NCBI GenBank assembly: GCA_963826115.1
Contig: CAWGVS010000007.1
Span: forward strand, 96,001-160,000
Length of the DNA: 64,000 nucleotides
DNA from: an uncultured Candidatus Rokubacteria bacterium
GTDB lineage: Bacteria; Methylomirabilota; Methylomirabilia; Rokubacteriales; DASRDR01
Direction: 5' to 3'
Shown here: in pieces, positions 1 through 9,914 of the stretch
How positions within the stretch are numbered: position 1 is the first letter of the stretch
Layout: every line of letters starts with the position of its first letter
Position numbers and translations under genes: made by a program
The notes under the pieces: model-generated
What the model saw: only the letters and a program-made list of their open reading frames with translations
What the model was told of the DNA's origin: nothing
Databases searched by the model: none

Positions 1-160
1 ACGGGCGCTGCGAGGCGTGCGAGGAGGAGATTGCGGCCGCCAGGTTGCGGGCCCATCCCTTCGCGGTGCGTTGCACGCGGTGCCAGGAAATATTTGAGCG
101 CGATCAGTCGCGCTCGGAGGCGGGTGGGTCCCGGACTCGAGGCCTGCCCGAAGACAACGC

Positions 161-2617
161 ATGAACGAGACCGACATCCGCATCGAGACGAGCCCGGCCC
201 CCGGCGGCGCGGTCCGCCCCGAGACCGGTAAGCCGGACGAGCTGGCCATCTTGCCGCTCCGCGAGACCGTGCTGTTCCCGCAGGCCGTGATCCCGCTCGC
301 GGTCGCGCGGCCGTCCTCTGTCCGCGCAGTGGACGAGGCCGTCCTCGGGCACCGCCTGATCGGCGTGCTCACCCAGCACGACGCCACCCAGGAGACGCCG
401 GCGCCACAGGATCTCCATCGCATGGGGACCGTGGCGACCATCCACCGGATGCTCAAGCAGTCCGACGGGACGATCCGCCTGGTCGTCCAGGGCCTGGAGC
501 GGTTCCGGGTGGTGGAGTTCACCCAGACGACGCCACACCTCCGCGCCCGCATCGAGCGGGTGCCGGACCTCGCGCCGGCCGACGACGACGTGGAGGCGCA
601 GGCGCTCGCCCGCCAGGCGCAGACGCTCTTCCAGCGCATCGTCGAGCTGTCGCCGACCCTGTCGGACGACCTCCTGCCCCTGGTCACCGGCGCGGGCGAC
701 GCGGGCCGGGTGATCGACCTCATCGCGTCGACCCTGCCCTCCCTGACCACGGTGGAGCGGCAGACCCTCCTCGAGACGCCGGACGTCAAGGCGCGGCTCC
801 AGGCGCTGGTCGAGTCGCTCACGAAGGAAGCCGAGGTCCTCGAGCTCGGATCGAAGATCCACTCGCAGATCCAGAGCGAGATGACGAAGACCCAGCGGGA
901 GTACTACCTGCGCGAGCAGATGAAGGCGATCCAGAAGGAGCTGGGCGAGGGCGACGAGCGGGGCCAGGAGCTCACCGAGCTCCGCGAGAAGATCGAGGCG
1001 GCCGGCATGTCCGAGGAGGCGCACCGGGAGGCGCTCCGCGAGCTGGACCGGCTCACGAAGATGCCGCCAGCGGCCGCCGAGTACTCGGTCGCCCGAACGT
1101 ACCTCGAGTGGCTCGTGGCCCTGCCGTGGCGCAAGGAAACCCCGGACGACATCGACCTCGCCCGGGCCCGCGCGGTCCTCGACGAGGACCACTGGGGCCT
1201 CGGCAAGATCAAGGAGCGCCTGCTGGAGCACCTGGCGGTCCGCAAGATCCGGCCGGAGGGAAAGGCGCCGATCCTCTGCTTCGTGGGCCCGCCGGGCGTG
1301 GGCAAGACCTCGCTCGGCCGCTCGATCGCGCGGGCCCTCGGGCGGAAGTTCCACCGCATCGCCCTCGGTGGCATGCGGGACGAGGCCGAGATCCGCGGGC
1401 ACCGGCGGACGTACATCGGCGCCCTGCCCGGGCAGATCGTCCAGGGCCTCCGGCGCGCCGAGTCGAAGAATCCGGTGTTCATGCTGGACGAGATCGACAA
1501 GCTCGGCTTCGACTTCCGGGGCGACCCGGCGTCGGCGCTCCTCGAGGTGCTGGATCCGGAGCAGAACTCGACGTTCCGGGACCACTACCTGGACGTGCCG
1601 TTCGATCTCTCGCGGGTGCTGTTCGTCACGACCGCGAACCTGCTCGACCCGGTCCCGGCGCCGCTCCGCGACCGGATGGAGATCATCGAGCTGCCCGGCT
1701 ACACGGAGGACGAGAAGGTCGAGATCGCCCGGCGTCACCTGGCGCCGAAGCAGGCCGGCGAGCACGGTCTCGTCCTCGACCGCGACGTCGTGCTGACCGA
1801 GCCTGCGCTCCGGCTCATCGCGCGGAGCTACACGCGCGAGGCGGGCGTGCGGAGCCTCGAGCGTGAGATCGCGGCCATCTGCCGGAAGATCGCGCGTCGC
1901 CGGGCCGAGGGCGACCTCGAACCCGTCACCGTGGACCCCGCGCGGGTGACCGCGCTCCTCGGATCGCCGCGCTTCCTCATCGAGGAGGAGGTCGCCGAGC
2001 GGACGCGCACCGCCGGCGTGGCGGTGGGGCTTGCGTGGACGCCAACCGGCGGCGACGTGTTGTTCGTCGAGGCCTCGCGGATGACGGGGGGCAAGTCGCT
2101 CACCCTCACCGGGCAGCTCGGCGACGTCATGAAGGAGTCCGCCCAGGCGGCGGTCTCGTGGGTCCGTGCCCACGCGGCGGAGCTCGGCATCGCGCCCGAC
2201 TTCTGGATGCGCTCCGACCTCCACCTGCACGTCCCGGCCGGCGCCATCCCGAAGGACGGCCCCTCGGCGGGCGTGACCATGGCAACCGCCCTGGTCTCGC
2301 TCCTCCGGCGTCAGCCGATCCGGCCCGGGCTCGCGATGACGGGCGAGATCACGCTCTCCGGCCGGGTGCTGCCGGTCGGCGGCATCAAGGAGAAGGTCCT
2401 GGCCGCCCACCGAATGGGCCTGACCGCGGTGATCCTGCCCCATCAGAACGAGCGGCAGCTCCTCGAGGACGTCCCGGCGGACGTCCGGGCCCAGCTGGAG
2501 ATCCACCTGGTGCGCAGCGTGGCCGAGGTCTTGCATTTTGCTCTGCCCGATGCGTCGCACTGGAACCCGCTGGACGGGGAGCTGGAGCTCGAGCTGGCCG
2601 GGAAAGGTTCGCTCTGA
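161..2617 (+). CDS. lon: ATP-dependent Lon protease (endopeptidase La)
   Basis: Lon N-domain ([10 protein letters not shown]), Walker [23 protein letters not shown], catalytic PKDGPSAG and GGIKEK. Confidence 0.97.
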   Translation: MNETDIRIETSPAPGGAVRPETGKPDELAILPLRETVLFPQAVIPLAVARPSSVRAVDEAVLGHRLIGVLTQHDATQETPAPQDLHRMGTVATIHRMLKQSDGTIRLVVQGLERFRVVEFTQTTPHLRARIERVPDLAPADDDVEAQALARQAQTLFQRIVELSPTLSDDLLPLVTGAGDAGRVIDLIASTLPSLTTVERQTLLETPDVKARLQALVESLTKEAEVLELGSKIHSQIQSEMTKTQREYYLREQMKAIQKELGEGDERGQELTELREKIEAAGMSEEAHREALRELDRLTKMPPAAAEYSVARTYLEWLVALPWRKETPDDIDLARARAVLDEDHWGLGKIKERLLEHLAVRKIRPEGKAPILCFVGPPGVGKTSLGRSIARALGRKFHRIALGGMRDEAEIRGHRRTYIGALPGQIVQGLRRAESKNPVFMLDEIDKLGFDFRGDPASALLEVLDPEQNSTFRDHYLDVPFDLSRVLFVTTANLLDPVPAPLRDRMEIIELPGYTEDEKVEIARRHLAPKQAGEHGLVLDRDVVLTEPALRLIARSYTREAGVRSLEREIAAICRKIARRRAEGDLEPVTVDPARVTALLGSPRFLIEEEVAERTRTAGVAVGLAWTPTGGDVLFVEASRMTGGKSLTLTGQLGDVMKESAQAAVSWVRAHAAELGIAPDFWMRSDLHLHVPAGAIPKDGPSAGVTMATALVSLLRRQPIRPGLAMTGEITLSGRVLPVGGIKEKVLAAHRMGLTAVILPHQNERQLLEDVPADVRAQLEIHLVRSVAEVLHFALPDASHWNPLDGELELELAGKGSL

Positions 2618-2636
2618 CGGCAAGATAGCAGTCAGA

Positions 2637-2665
2637 TTGACAGGCCTAGAGGGGCTCCGTAGACT
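2637..2665 (+). promoter_or_regulatory. sigma70-type promoter for the lytic transglycosylase gene
   Basis: TTGACA(2637-2642)-17 nt-TAGACT(2660-2665). Confidence 0.6.
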
Positions 2666-2684
2666 GGCCTCCGGTTACCCAAGC

Positions 2685-3413
2685 ATGGGGCGAATCCTGC
2701 CAGTTTGCGCCAGCCTCCTCGGCCTGGTCGTCACGGCCACCCCCGCCCTCGCCGGCTCCATGTACCGGTTCGAGGACGAGCAGGGGGTGGTCCACTACAC
2801 CAACGTCCCGGGTGACCCCCGCTACGCGTTCGTTCGCAAGGAGGCCGAGCCGCCCACCCCCAAGCCCGCCGCCGAGGTGAGCGGGGGGCTCTCGCAGGGT
2901 CTCCGCACCTACGCCCACGTGATCCGCGCCGCCGCCGAGCGCTACGGCGTGGAGACGCGACTCGTCGAGGCGATCGTACAGGCGGAGTCGGCCGGCAACC
3001 CGACCGCGGTCTCCCCGAAGGGCGCACGCGGGCTGATGCAGCTCATGCCCGAGCGCGCCGCGCTCCTGGGCGTGCGGAACTCCTTCGACCCGCACCAGAA
3101 CGTGGACGGCGGGGTCCGGCACATCCGCGACCTGCTTCAGAACTTCGGCGGGGACGTGACGCTGGCCGTCGCGGCCTACAACGCCGGCGAGGGCGCGGTG
3201 CGGAGCTACGGCGGCGTGCCGCCGTTCGCCGAGACGCGCGAGTACGTCCGGCGCGTGCGCGCCCTCTACGACGGCGGCAGCGCGCTCGCGTCGAAGGCCG
3301 TGGCCCTCGTCACCGCGCCCCAGCGCGTCTACCGCGAGGTGGCCGAGGACGGCACGCTCACCTTCACGAACGTGCCGCCCCGGAGCCCGGCGCCCGGCGC
3401 CGGCCGCTTCTAG
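2685..3413 (+). CDS. Secreted lytic transglycosylase (SLT domain) with DUF4124-like N- and C-terminal segments
   Basis: Signal peptide, YRFEDEQGVVHYTNVP, SLT motifs ESAGNP-AVSPKGARGLMQLMP and AAYNAGEG; start moved to ATG 2685. Confidence 0.9.
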   Translation: MGRILPVCASLLGLVVTATPALAGSMYRFEDEQGVVHYTNVPGDPRYAFVRKEAEPPTPKPAAEVSGGLSQGLRTYAHVIRAAAERYGVETRLVEAIVQAESAGNPTAVSPKGARGLMQLMPERAALLGVRNSFDPHQNVDGGVRHIRDLLQNFGGDVTLAVAAYNAGEGAVRSYGGVPPFAETREYVRRVRALYDGGSALASKAVALVTAPQRVYREVAEDGTLTFTNVPPRSPAPGAGRF

Positions 3414-3439
3414 CCCGCCGGCGTCTCGATCCGCCTTCG

Positions 3440-3460
3440 CGTCCGCGGCGCCCGCGGACG
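3440..3460. terminator. GC-rich hairpin between convergent genes (possible bidirectional terminator)
   Basis: CGTCCGCGG-cgc-CCGCGGACG perfect 9-bp stem, no U-tract. Confidence 0.35.
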
Positions 3461-3467
3461 GCCTCCG

Positions 3468-3974
3468 CTACCCGAACGCCTGACCGTAACGCTCCCGGTG
3501 GGCGACCGCCTGGAGGGGCTTCCGGTCCTTCCTCCCCTTCCCGACCGCACCGGCGGGATAGCCGAGTGGCAGGATGGCCAGGACGTCGAGCTTGGTTGGG
3601 ATAGCGAGGAGCGCCCTGACCTCGTCCAGCCCGCCGAACCCGACCCAGTTGGAGCCCACCCCGTCCGCCCAGGCGGCAAGCAGCATCGACTGGATCGCCC
3701 GGCTCGCGTCCGAAACGGCGAACGGGGTCTTGTCCACGGCGACGACGACCGCGGCCGCCGCCTGCGCGACGTGCCCGCCGGTCCGGGCGAGGGCGCCGAG
3801 CTTCTGGAGCGTCGCGCGGTCCTGGACCACGACGAAGTGCCACGGCTGGAGGTTCTTGGCGCTCCCGGTCAGGCGCCCGGCCTCGACCACGCGCCGGAGG
3901 GTCGCCTCCGGGACGGGCTTGTCCTGGTAGCGCCGGATCGCCAGCACCGTGCGGATCGCCTCGAACGTGTCCAT
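3468..3974 (-). CDS. Nitroreductase family protein
   Basis: MDTFEAIRTVLAIRRY...SAKNLQPWHFVVV...GVGSNWVG...LPLGYP; start ATG 3974. Confidence 0.9.
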   Translation of the reverse strand: MDTFEAIRTVLAIRRYQDKPVPEATLRRVVEAGRLTGSAKNLQPWHFVVVQDRATLQKLGALARTGGHVAQAAAAVVVAVDKTPFAVSDASRAIQSMLLAAWADGVGSNWVGFGGLDEVRALLAIPTKLDVLAILPLGYPAGAVGKGRKDRKPLQAVAHRERYGQAFG

Positions 3975-4501
3975 CAGGCTCCTTTTGGCGCCTCGCGCCC
4001 TGGTACGTCCCGGACCATCTCGAGCACCGTCTCGGTGGGAGTGTGTTCGAGCGGCTCCCGCCCGCCGGTCGGTCTGAACCCACAGCGATGGTACAGGCGA
4101 ATGGCCTCGTGGTTCGTGGAGGTCACTCCGAGATACAGGTGCGCGGCACCCCGCCCGCGGGCCCAATCGGTCACCGCGCCCACGAGCGCTGCCCCGATGC
4201 CCTGCCCCCGGGCCGCGGGCTCGACGAACATGCCCACGAGCGCGAAGCGGGACCCCATCGTCTCGTCCACCATGCCGGTGACGAGACCGACCCAGCAATC
4301 CCTGTCCTCGGCGACGAACGTGACGCGATCCACGCCCGCAGCGCCGTGTCGCGCGCGCTCGTGCCAGACCGCGTCATCGAACGCCTGCTCTCGCGCGAGC
4401 GTCGAGCCGTATGCCAGCGGCGTGTCGGCCAGGGCCTGGAGGCGCAGCGCGCGCACGCGCAGGCCCTCGTCTGGCCGGACCCGGCGGATCCGGACGCTCA
4501 T
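3974..4501 (-). CDS. GNAT family N-acetyltransferase
   Basis: MFVEPAARGQGIGAAL acetyl-CoA motif A, NHEAIRLYHRCGF motif B; coupled to both neighbours. Confidence 0.9.
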   Translation of the reverse strand: MSVRIRRVRPDEGLRVRALRLQALADTPLAYGSTLAREQAFDDAVWHERARHGAAGVDRVTFVAEDRDCWVGLVTGMVDETMGSRFALVGMFVEPAARGQGIGAALVGAVTDWARGRGAAHLYLGVTSTNHEAIRLYHRCGFRPTGGREPLEHTPTETVLEMVRDVPGREAPKGA

Positions 4502-4911
4502 CCCCGCCGCGGCCGCCGGCGCTCCCGGAGGTACTTGCGCCAGGGCTGCCAGTAGTACGTCTTCCACCCGTCGGTCACGCCGCGGGCGTCGCGGTCCGCC
4601 ACGTTGACGTGGACCAGCCGGATGCGCCCCGACCGGCCGCGGGGCTCGAAGCTGAGGACCAGGATCGAGTCGGGGTCCCGCAGGCCGAACCCGGTCGAAC
4701 GCCAGGTCTGGACGATCATGCGTCCGGGCTCCGTGTGGAGCATCCGTCCCGAGAGGGCCCCGTTGAATGCGCGGAAGGGCGCGCCGGGCCTCGCGCCGAT
4801 CCTCACCGGTGCGCCCGTGATCGCCGCGTGGCGCTTCGGATCGAGGTACATCCGGTAGAGCTCCCCGGCCGGCGCCGGGAGCGTCACGCGCTGCTGGATC
4901 GTCTTCGGCAT
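4498..4911 (-). CDS. SRPBCC/AHSA1-like domain protein
   Basis: ELYRMYLD...GRMIVQTWRS...GWKTYYW pattern typical of AHSA1-like proteins. Confidence 0.8.
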   Translation of the reverse strand: MPKTIQQRVTLPAPAGELYRMYLDPKRHAAITGAPVRIGARPGAPFRAFNGALSGRMLHTEPGRMIVQTWRSTGFGLRDPDSILVLSFEPRGRSGRIRLVHVNVADRDARGVTDGWKTYYWQPWRKYLRERRRPRRG

Positions 4912-4929
4912 GGTCGCCGCCCTCCGGGG

Positions 4930-5547
4930 TCAGTTCGGCTCGAGCGTGACGACGCTCGCGCGCGGGTCGATCGTCACAGAGAAGAGCGCGAGGAAGTCCC
5001 GTCCGAGCAGCCCGTCCGCCTGCGGGATGCCCGCATCGTGGGCGACGATGGCCAGGGGGCCCGCGCGCGCGTTGCCCACCTCGACCGAGTCCACCCAGAA
5101 CACCTCCGCGCGCGTCACGCCGGTCACGCCCCTGATCTCCGCTTCCTGCGTCTGGGTTGGGTAGACGCCGAGGCGGGCCAACGCCGCCGGTGCCACCATG
5201 GTCCGGTCAGCCCCCGTGTCCAGGACCAGCGTGACGGGGCCCGCGCCGTTGATCCGAGCGGCGACGACGATCGGCGAGCCCGCGACGAACGGGATGGTGG
5301 TCGAGCCGGACCGCGCCGGCGGCGGCGCAGGTGGTGCCGCGTCGACGGGAGACGTCGCCAGGGCGCGCGCCGCGGCCCGGTAGCGCTCCGGCACGCTCTC
5401 AATACCGGTCGTGTAGTGGACGACACCCTGCTCGTCCACCCAGTGGTAGACCTGCGCCCTCGCGTCCGTGGCGAGGGCGCAGGCCAGGAACACGACGAGG
5501 GTGATCGAGGATCGGGACGAGCGACGACGGCGCCAGCGCCGACTCAC
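4930..5547 (-). CDS. Secreted retropepsin-like aspartyl protease with DUF4124 N-terminal domain
   Basis: Signal peptide, VYHWVDEQGVVHYTT, LVLDTGA catalytic motif, GLLGRDFL. Confidence 0.85.
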   Translation of the reverse strand: MSRRWRRRRSSRSSITLVVFLACALATDARAQVYHWVDEQGVVHYTTGIESVPERYRAAARALATSPVDAAPPAPPPARSGSTTIPFVAGSPIVVAARINGAGPVTLVLDTGADRTMVAPAALARLGVYPTQTQEAEIRGVTGVTRAEVFWVDSVEVGNARAGPLAIVAHDAGIPQADGLLGRDFLALFSVTIDPRASVVTLEPN

Positions 5548-5611
5548 CGCCGTGTGCTCCTCACCACTCGCACCCCGGGTCGCCCGATGTGCCCAGACGG
5601 GGCAGCCGGCC

Positions 5612-6037
5612 CTAGGGGGAGCTCTCCTCGGGATACTCGACGGAGTGGAGACGCACGTCGAACCGCTGTTCGGTGCCGCGCGGCCGCAGCGGGATGCTGA
5701 ACGACTCGAGATCCGAGGCGGACCTCCAGTGGACCCGGACCGGCGCCGTGAAGCTCACGACGGCGCCGGTCACGTCGAATCCGAGAAGCTGCACCCAGGC
5801 GCTCCCGAGGAGGTGCTGGCGGCGCTCGACGAGCCCGGTGGCGACGACGAGCCGAGGGTCCAGGCTGAGCTGCCAGTGGAACTCCACCGGGGGGGCCGAC
5901 GTGTGGAACGGGAAGTCCGCCGGCCGCGGGCCCGGCGTGGCCGCGCAGCTCGCCGCGAGGAGACCGATGACGAGGAGCGCCGCCGCCCGGCCCCGGACCC
6001 CACGCCATCGCGCGCCAACGTTCGCCTCCGTCACCAC
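5612..6037 (-). CDS. Putative lipoprotein, unknown function
   Basis: Basic N-terminus, hydrophobic stretch, lipobox LAAS-C; beta-rich mature part. Confidence 0.65.
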   Translation of the reverse strand: MVTEANVGARWRGVRGRAAALLVIGLLAASCAATPGPRPADFPFHTSAPPVEFHWQLSLDPRLVVATGLVERRQHLLGSAWVQLLGFDVTGAVVSFTAPVRVHWRSASDLESFSIPLRPRGTEQRFDVRLHSVEYPEESSP

Positions 6038-6128
6038 CTGCCGCCCGCGACTCTCACGGTCTCACCGCGGTGCGCGCCGCACAAGAGCGCGCTCCTCGAC
6101 GGCTCGCGCCGCGGCGGCGGCCGGGGTC

Positions 6129-7172
6129 TCAGGCGAAGCGCGGCAGGTGGCGGCGGACGAACTGGCCGATGACGCGACGATCGAGCGAGAGGAGGAAGTT
6201 CTGCTCGACCAGACAGGGCGAGTAGCACGCCACGCACCCGTGGCCATGGAGGCGACGCCAGGCGGTCTCGACCCCGTCGGCGACGACGCTCCCCCCCGTG
6301 ATCCGGCCGGCGGTGGCCACGCAGGGATAGGCGGTGCCGTCCGGGTCGATCGACAGGTAGAAGCGCCCGGCCTGGCACTGCGGGCCGTCGCGCCGGCGCG
6401 GGTCGTCAGCGGGTAGCTCGTGCGCCTCGAACCGGTCGCGCGCGTAGTCGCCCCAGCGCATCGCGTAGCGGTACGTGACCTCGGAGAACAGGACGCGCGG
6501 GTTCCGGCGGGCGAGGATCGCGAGGCGGTCGAGGAGCTCGCGGATGGCCTCGTCCTCGGCCTTGAGCGTGGCCGCCTGGTGCCAGAGGTCCGACGCGCCG
6601 CTCCGCATCACGTTCACCGTGACGTGGAGGTCGCGAGCCTCGCAGAACGCCAGCAGCGCGTCGAGGTGCGGCGCCGTCCGGGCCGACATGACCGCGTTCA
6701 GCTTGACGGGGATCCCCGTCGCCCGGGCGGCGGCGAGGGCCCGCTGCACGGCGGCGAACACGCCGGCGCCCCGCTGCGCGTCGTTGGCAGGCCCGGGCGC
6801 GTCGAGGCTCAGGACCAGCGTGTCGAGGCCCCGGATGTCGTCGATCCGCCGGGGGACCATCAGGCCGTTCGAGGTGAGGACGCACGCCATGCCACGCGCG
6901 CGCACGTGGTCGATGATCTCCCCGACGTCGGGCCGGAGGAGGGGCTCGCCGCCGAGGATCCCGACCCGGCGGCAGCCCAGGTCGGCCAGCTGGTCGACCA
7001 CCCCCAGCCACTCGGCGGTGGTCAGCTCCGGCGTGTTCCGGTACGGCGAGCTGCAGTAGAGGCACCGGAGATTGCACCGGTGGGTCAGGTAGAGGCCCGC
7101 CGACAGGAGGGTCGGCGTCCCCCGCCAGTGGGCGGCGAGCACGCGGGCCGCGGTGGTCAGGGTGGTGGTCAC
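6129..7172 (-). CDS. Radical SAM protein with C-terminal twitch/SPASM-like cysteines
   Basis: CNLRCLYC, GGEPLL, CQAGRFYLSIDPDGTAYPC...CVACYSPC; GTG start overlaps upstream TGA. Confidence 0.9.
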   Translation of the reverse strand: MTTTLTTAARVLAAHWRGTPTLLSAGLYLTHRCNLRCLYCSSPYRNTPELTTAEWLGVVDQLADLGCRRVGILGGEPLLRPDVGEIIDHVRARGMACVLTSNGLMVPRRIDDIRGLDTLVLSLDAPGPANDAQRGAGVFAAVQRALAAARATGIPVKLNAVMSARTAPHLDALLAFCEARDLHVTVNVMRSGASDLWHQAATLKAEDEAIRELLDRLAILARRNPRVLFSEVTYRYAMRWGDYARDRFEAHELPADDPRRRDGPQCQAGRFYLSIDPDGTAYPCVATAGRITGGSVVADGVETAWRRLHGHGCVACYSPCLVEQNFLLSLDRRVIGQFVRRHLPRFA

Positions 7173-8257
7173 CGCCCCGCCTGCTCCGGGCGCCGCGCGG
7201 CCTCGCCGCCCGACGGCAGCTCGGCCGACGCCGCCACCGGGCGGCGGGCGAGGTAGCCGCGCCAGAAGTTCGCGAGGACGGCCGGCCGGAGGTCGAAGAT
7301 CGCCCGGTTCTCGTTGAGCCACGTGTTGTAGCAATCGAAACAGGAGTGGTGCTGGGCGTGGCGCCACGCGGTCTCCACGCCGTCGCGGAGCGCGTTCTTC
7401 GGCTTGAAGGTGCCGACGTGGAGGACGCACGGGTAGATGTCGCCGTTCGGCTCCATCTGGAGGAAGTAGCGGCCCGCCGTGCACGGGGAGACCTCGCCCG
7501 GCCGCTCGACCCGCTCGAGCCGGAAGTCGTCCCAGGCAAGCGTGTGGCGGTAGGAGCGCGTGGTGAAGAGCACGGGCTCCCCCGCCTCCTTGGCCGCGAT
7601 GATCTTGGCGAGGATCGCGCGGATCTCGGGGTCCGACGGCAGGTGCGTCGCGGCGCCGGCCCCGTACATCTCCTCGTTGGACTGGAGGATCTGGAAGTTC
7701 ACGGACACGCCGAAGCGCCGAGCGGTGGCGAGGAGCCAGTCGATCTCCCCCGCGCTCTCGCGCGTGATGACGGCGCTCAAGAAGAAATCGAGGCCCTCGC
7801 GGGCGCTGACCTCGATGGCTCGCATCACCCGGCGCCACGACCCCGCGCCACGCTGCCCGTCGTGCGCTGCCTCGCGCCCGTCGATGGAGATCACGAGCTC
7901 GTCGAGCCGGCGCACGGTGTCGATCTTCTGGGGGATGAGGAAGCCGTTGGTCACCATCGCCGCCCGCATCCCCAGACGCCGGACCTCCTCGACCAGCTCG
8001 CCGATGTCCGGGCGCAGGAGCGGCTCGCCGCCGAGGAACTTGACGCGCACCGTCCCCAGCCCGGCGAACTCGGCGAGGAGCGTCCGGTGCTCGGCGGTGG
8101 TGAGCTGCGGGTCCTCGCGGTTGGGCGAGTTGCAGTAGACGCAGCGCGCGTTGCACCCGTTCAGGAGCGAGTACTGGACGAAGAAGGGCCGCGCCCCGCC
8201 GGTGAGTCGCGCGGCGAGGATCTGCGCGCCGATCCCGAGCTTCTGGCCGGGTGTCAC
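7169..8257 (-). CDS. Radical SAM protein with C-terminal twitch/SPASM-like cysteines (paralogue of neighbour)
   Basis: CNARCVYC, GGEPLL, CTAGRYFLQMEPNGDIYPC...CFDC; GTG start overlaps GT2 stop. Confidence 0.9.
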   Translation of the reverse strand: MTPGQKLGIGAQILAARLTGGARPFFVQYSLLNGCNARCVYCNSPNREDPQLTTAEHRTLLAEFAGLGTVRVKFLGGEPLLRPDIGELVEEVRRLGMRAAMVTNGFLIPQKIDTVRRLDELVISIDGREAAHDGQRGAGSWRRVMRAIEVSAREGLDFFLSAVITRESAGEIDWLLATARRFGVSVNFQILQSNEEMYGAGAATHLPSDPEIRAILAKIIAAKEAGEPVLFTTRSYRHTLAWDDFRLERVERPGEVSPCTAGRYFLQMEPNGDIYPCVLHVGTFKPKNALRDGVETAWRHAQHHSCFDCYNTWLNENRAIFDLRPAVLANFWRGYLARRPVAASAELPSGGEAARRPEQAGR

Positions 8258-9432
8258 CGGACGGCCTCGCCGGCGGCGGATCGGCCGGCCACCGCCACCT
8301 TCTCGAACGAGGCCCGCTGCCGCCAGAGCGGCAGGGCAAGCAGGGCCACCACGAGGGTGGGCGCGATCACCCCGGCCAGCGCGAGGAGCGCGGCGGCCTG
8401 TCGGGCCCGACGCGAGATCCAGCAGGCGATGGCGGCCAGGCTCACCGCCCCGCCAAGGGCGAGCCGCCCCGCCGGCGAGGTCATTGCCTCGCCCAGCCCG
8501 GCGAGAGCGAGGCCGGCGGTGACCAGGAGCAGGAGCGGCAGGATCGTCAGGTGGGCGGCGCGCCACAGGAAGACCGTCCGGGCCGCCGGCGTCATGGCGG
8601 CCACCCGGGGCAGGAACCGGAAGACCTCACGCAGGTAGGCGTGCGCGCGGCGAAACTTGTGGCGGACGAGCTCGCCGAGCCGGCGGGGCGAGCGCAGCTC
8701 GGTGACGGCGACCTCGATCAGCTCCACCCGTCGGCCGGCCGCCATCGCCGTGAAGGCCACGTGGAGGTCGTCGGCCACCACGTCGTCGGGCCAGGCGGTC
8801 AGGAGCTCGCGCCGGACCGCGAAGCACGGACCCGCCACCAGGGACGCGCAGCCGAGCCGCCCTTCCCGCCCGCGCAGGTAGTTGCCGAGCCGCCAGTGGA
8901 GGGCCTCGAGCGGATGCGGTCCGGCAGGGGTCACGGGCGCGCCGACCACGCCCACCGCGCGGTCGGCTTCCCCGGCGGCGACCAAGCGTTCGAGGGTCTC
9001 CGCCGGCAGGCGGGCGTCGGCGTCGGTCACGACGACCCAGGGCGCGTCACCGCGGCGCAGGCCGGCGTTCAGCTGGGCCGTCTTGTCGGCCTGCGGGAAC
9101 CGGACGAGCGAGAAGCGTGCATCCCCCACGATCTGCGCCGCGACGAGGGCCGCGGTGCCGTCCGACGAGGCGCCGTCCACGACAAACACGCGCAGCCGGT
9201 CGGGGGGATACCGGAGCTCGAGCAGGTCCCGGAGCTTCCCCTCGATCCAGCCAGCCTCGTTCCGCACCGCCACGATCACGTCGACCCGCGGCCACGTCGC
9301 GGGCCGTGGCGCGGGATCGGCAGCGGACGCGTCGTGCCGGGCGAGCCACGCGAGATACCCGAGGACGAGGCCGCCCTCGAGCAGGACGGTCAGGAGCGCG
9401 AGCCATGCCCAGTCAGGGAGGCTCAGCGCCAC
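8254..9432 (-). CDS. Membrane-bound glycosyltransferase family 2
   Basis: N-terminal TM helix, VIVAVRNE, VVDGASSDGT, TDAD (DxD), ADDL, C-terminal TM helices; GTG start at 9432 inferred. Confidence 0.88.
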   Translation of the reverse strand: MALSLPDWAWLALLTVLLEGGLVLGYLAWLARHDASAADPAPRPATWPRVDVIVAVRNEAGWIEGKLRDLLELRYPPDRLRVFVVDGASSDGTAALVAAQIVGDARFSLVRFPQADKTAQLNAGLRRGDAPWVVVTDADARLPAETLERLVAAGEADRAVGVVGAPVTPAGPHPLEALHWRLGNYLRGREGRLGCASLVAGPCFAVRRELLTAWPDDVVADDLHVAFTAMAAGRRVELIEVAVTELRSPRRLGELVRHKFRRAHAYLREVFRFLPRVAAMTPAARTVFLWRAAHLTILPLLLLVTAGLALAGLGEAMTSPAGRLALGGAVSLAAIACWISRRARQAAALLALAGVIAPTLVVALLALPLWRQRASFEKVAVAGRSAAGEAVR

Positions 9433-9556
9433 GCGCGCCTCACCGAGCGTCCGCCGTCCGTCGTCACGGACCGAACTGGCATCGCCGCTCCTCGTGTCGA
9501 GATCGCCGCGAACCGCCCACGGGCACCGCGCCGCCGCGTTCCGGGAAGCCTGGCGG

Positions 9557-9586
9557 AGTGTAGCGTGGGCCGACGCGTCCCGGCAA
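9557..9586 (-). promoter_or_regulatory. sigma70-type promoter for the GT2-radical SAM operon
   Basis: Minus strand TTGCCG-18 nt-TACACT. Confidence 0.55.
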
Positions 9587-9609
9587 GCGGCGAGCGAACT
9601 CCGCCACGA

Positions 9610-9725
9610 CGGCGGGCCGAGGCTGCGGCAGGCGAGCACCTCGGTCAGGTGCTCCAGGCCGATCGCGACGGCGCCCGCCAGGTCCGCGATCGCCCGCGCG
9701 AACCTTCAGCACGCGATCGCGCGCG
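9610..9725 (-). pseudogene. Decayed duplicate of the comM 3' end
   Basis: Minus strand reads DRVLKV/(frameshift)ARAIADLAGAVAIGLEHLTEVLACRSL versus ComM C-terminus DRVLKVARTIADLADADAIGVEHLAEALAYRTL; the DNA aligns with ~12177-12295. Confidence 0.85.
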
Positions 9726-9914
9726 GATCCGCGACCCGACACCGACCCACCGGGCGGATATGACGGCCTACGGCCGCCCTGAGCGGGCGATCGGGAGCCT
9801 TAGGACGTGCGGCCGTGACTGACGGTGCGCGACGGCGCCGGGCGTACCCTTCCCAGGGCGGCGCAGTCTGACCGCGCGCAACTCCCCGCGCGGAAGGTCC
9901 CCTCCAGCCTGAGA

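Noticed and set aside
60-90. TGGCAC...TGCA on the minus strand upstream of lon as a sigma54 promoter
   Set aside because: GG-to-GC spacing is 8 nt rather than the required 10, and it points away from lon.
104-2623. 839-aa minus-strand ORF opposite lon (likewise 33787-36537 opposite ligD, 59629-62874 opposite carB, and many other long Arg/Pro/Gly-rich ORFs)
   Set aside because: Antisense or alternate-frame shadows expected from high GC3 codon bias; no domain motifs, and the opposite frame encodes a clear protein.
6129-8339. Long ORF-track calls implying fusions or N-terminal extensions (e.g. 736-aa rSAM, 721-aa ComM, 812-aa kinase, 858-aa PyrF)
   Set aside because: The extensions are off-frame readings of the upstream gene; true starts were reassigned from motifs and stop/start overlaps.
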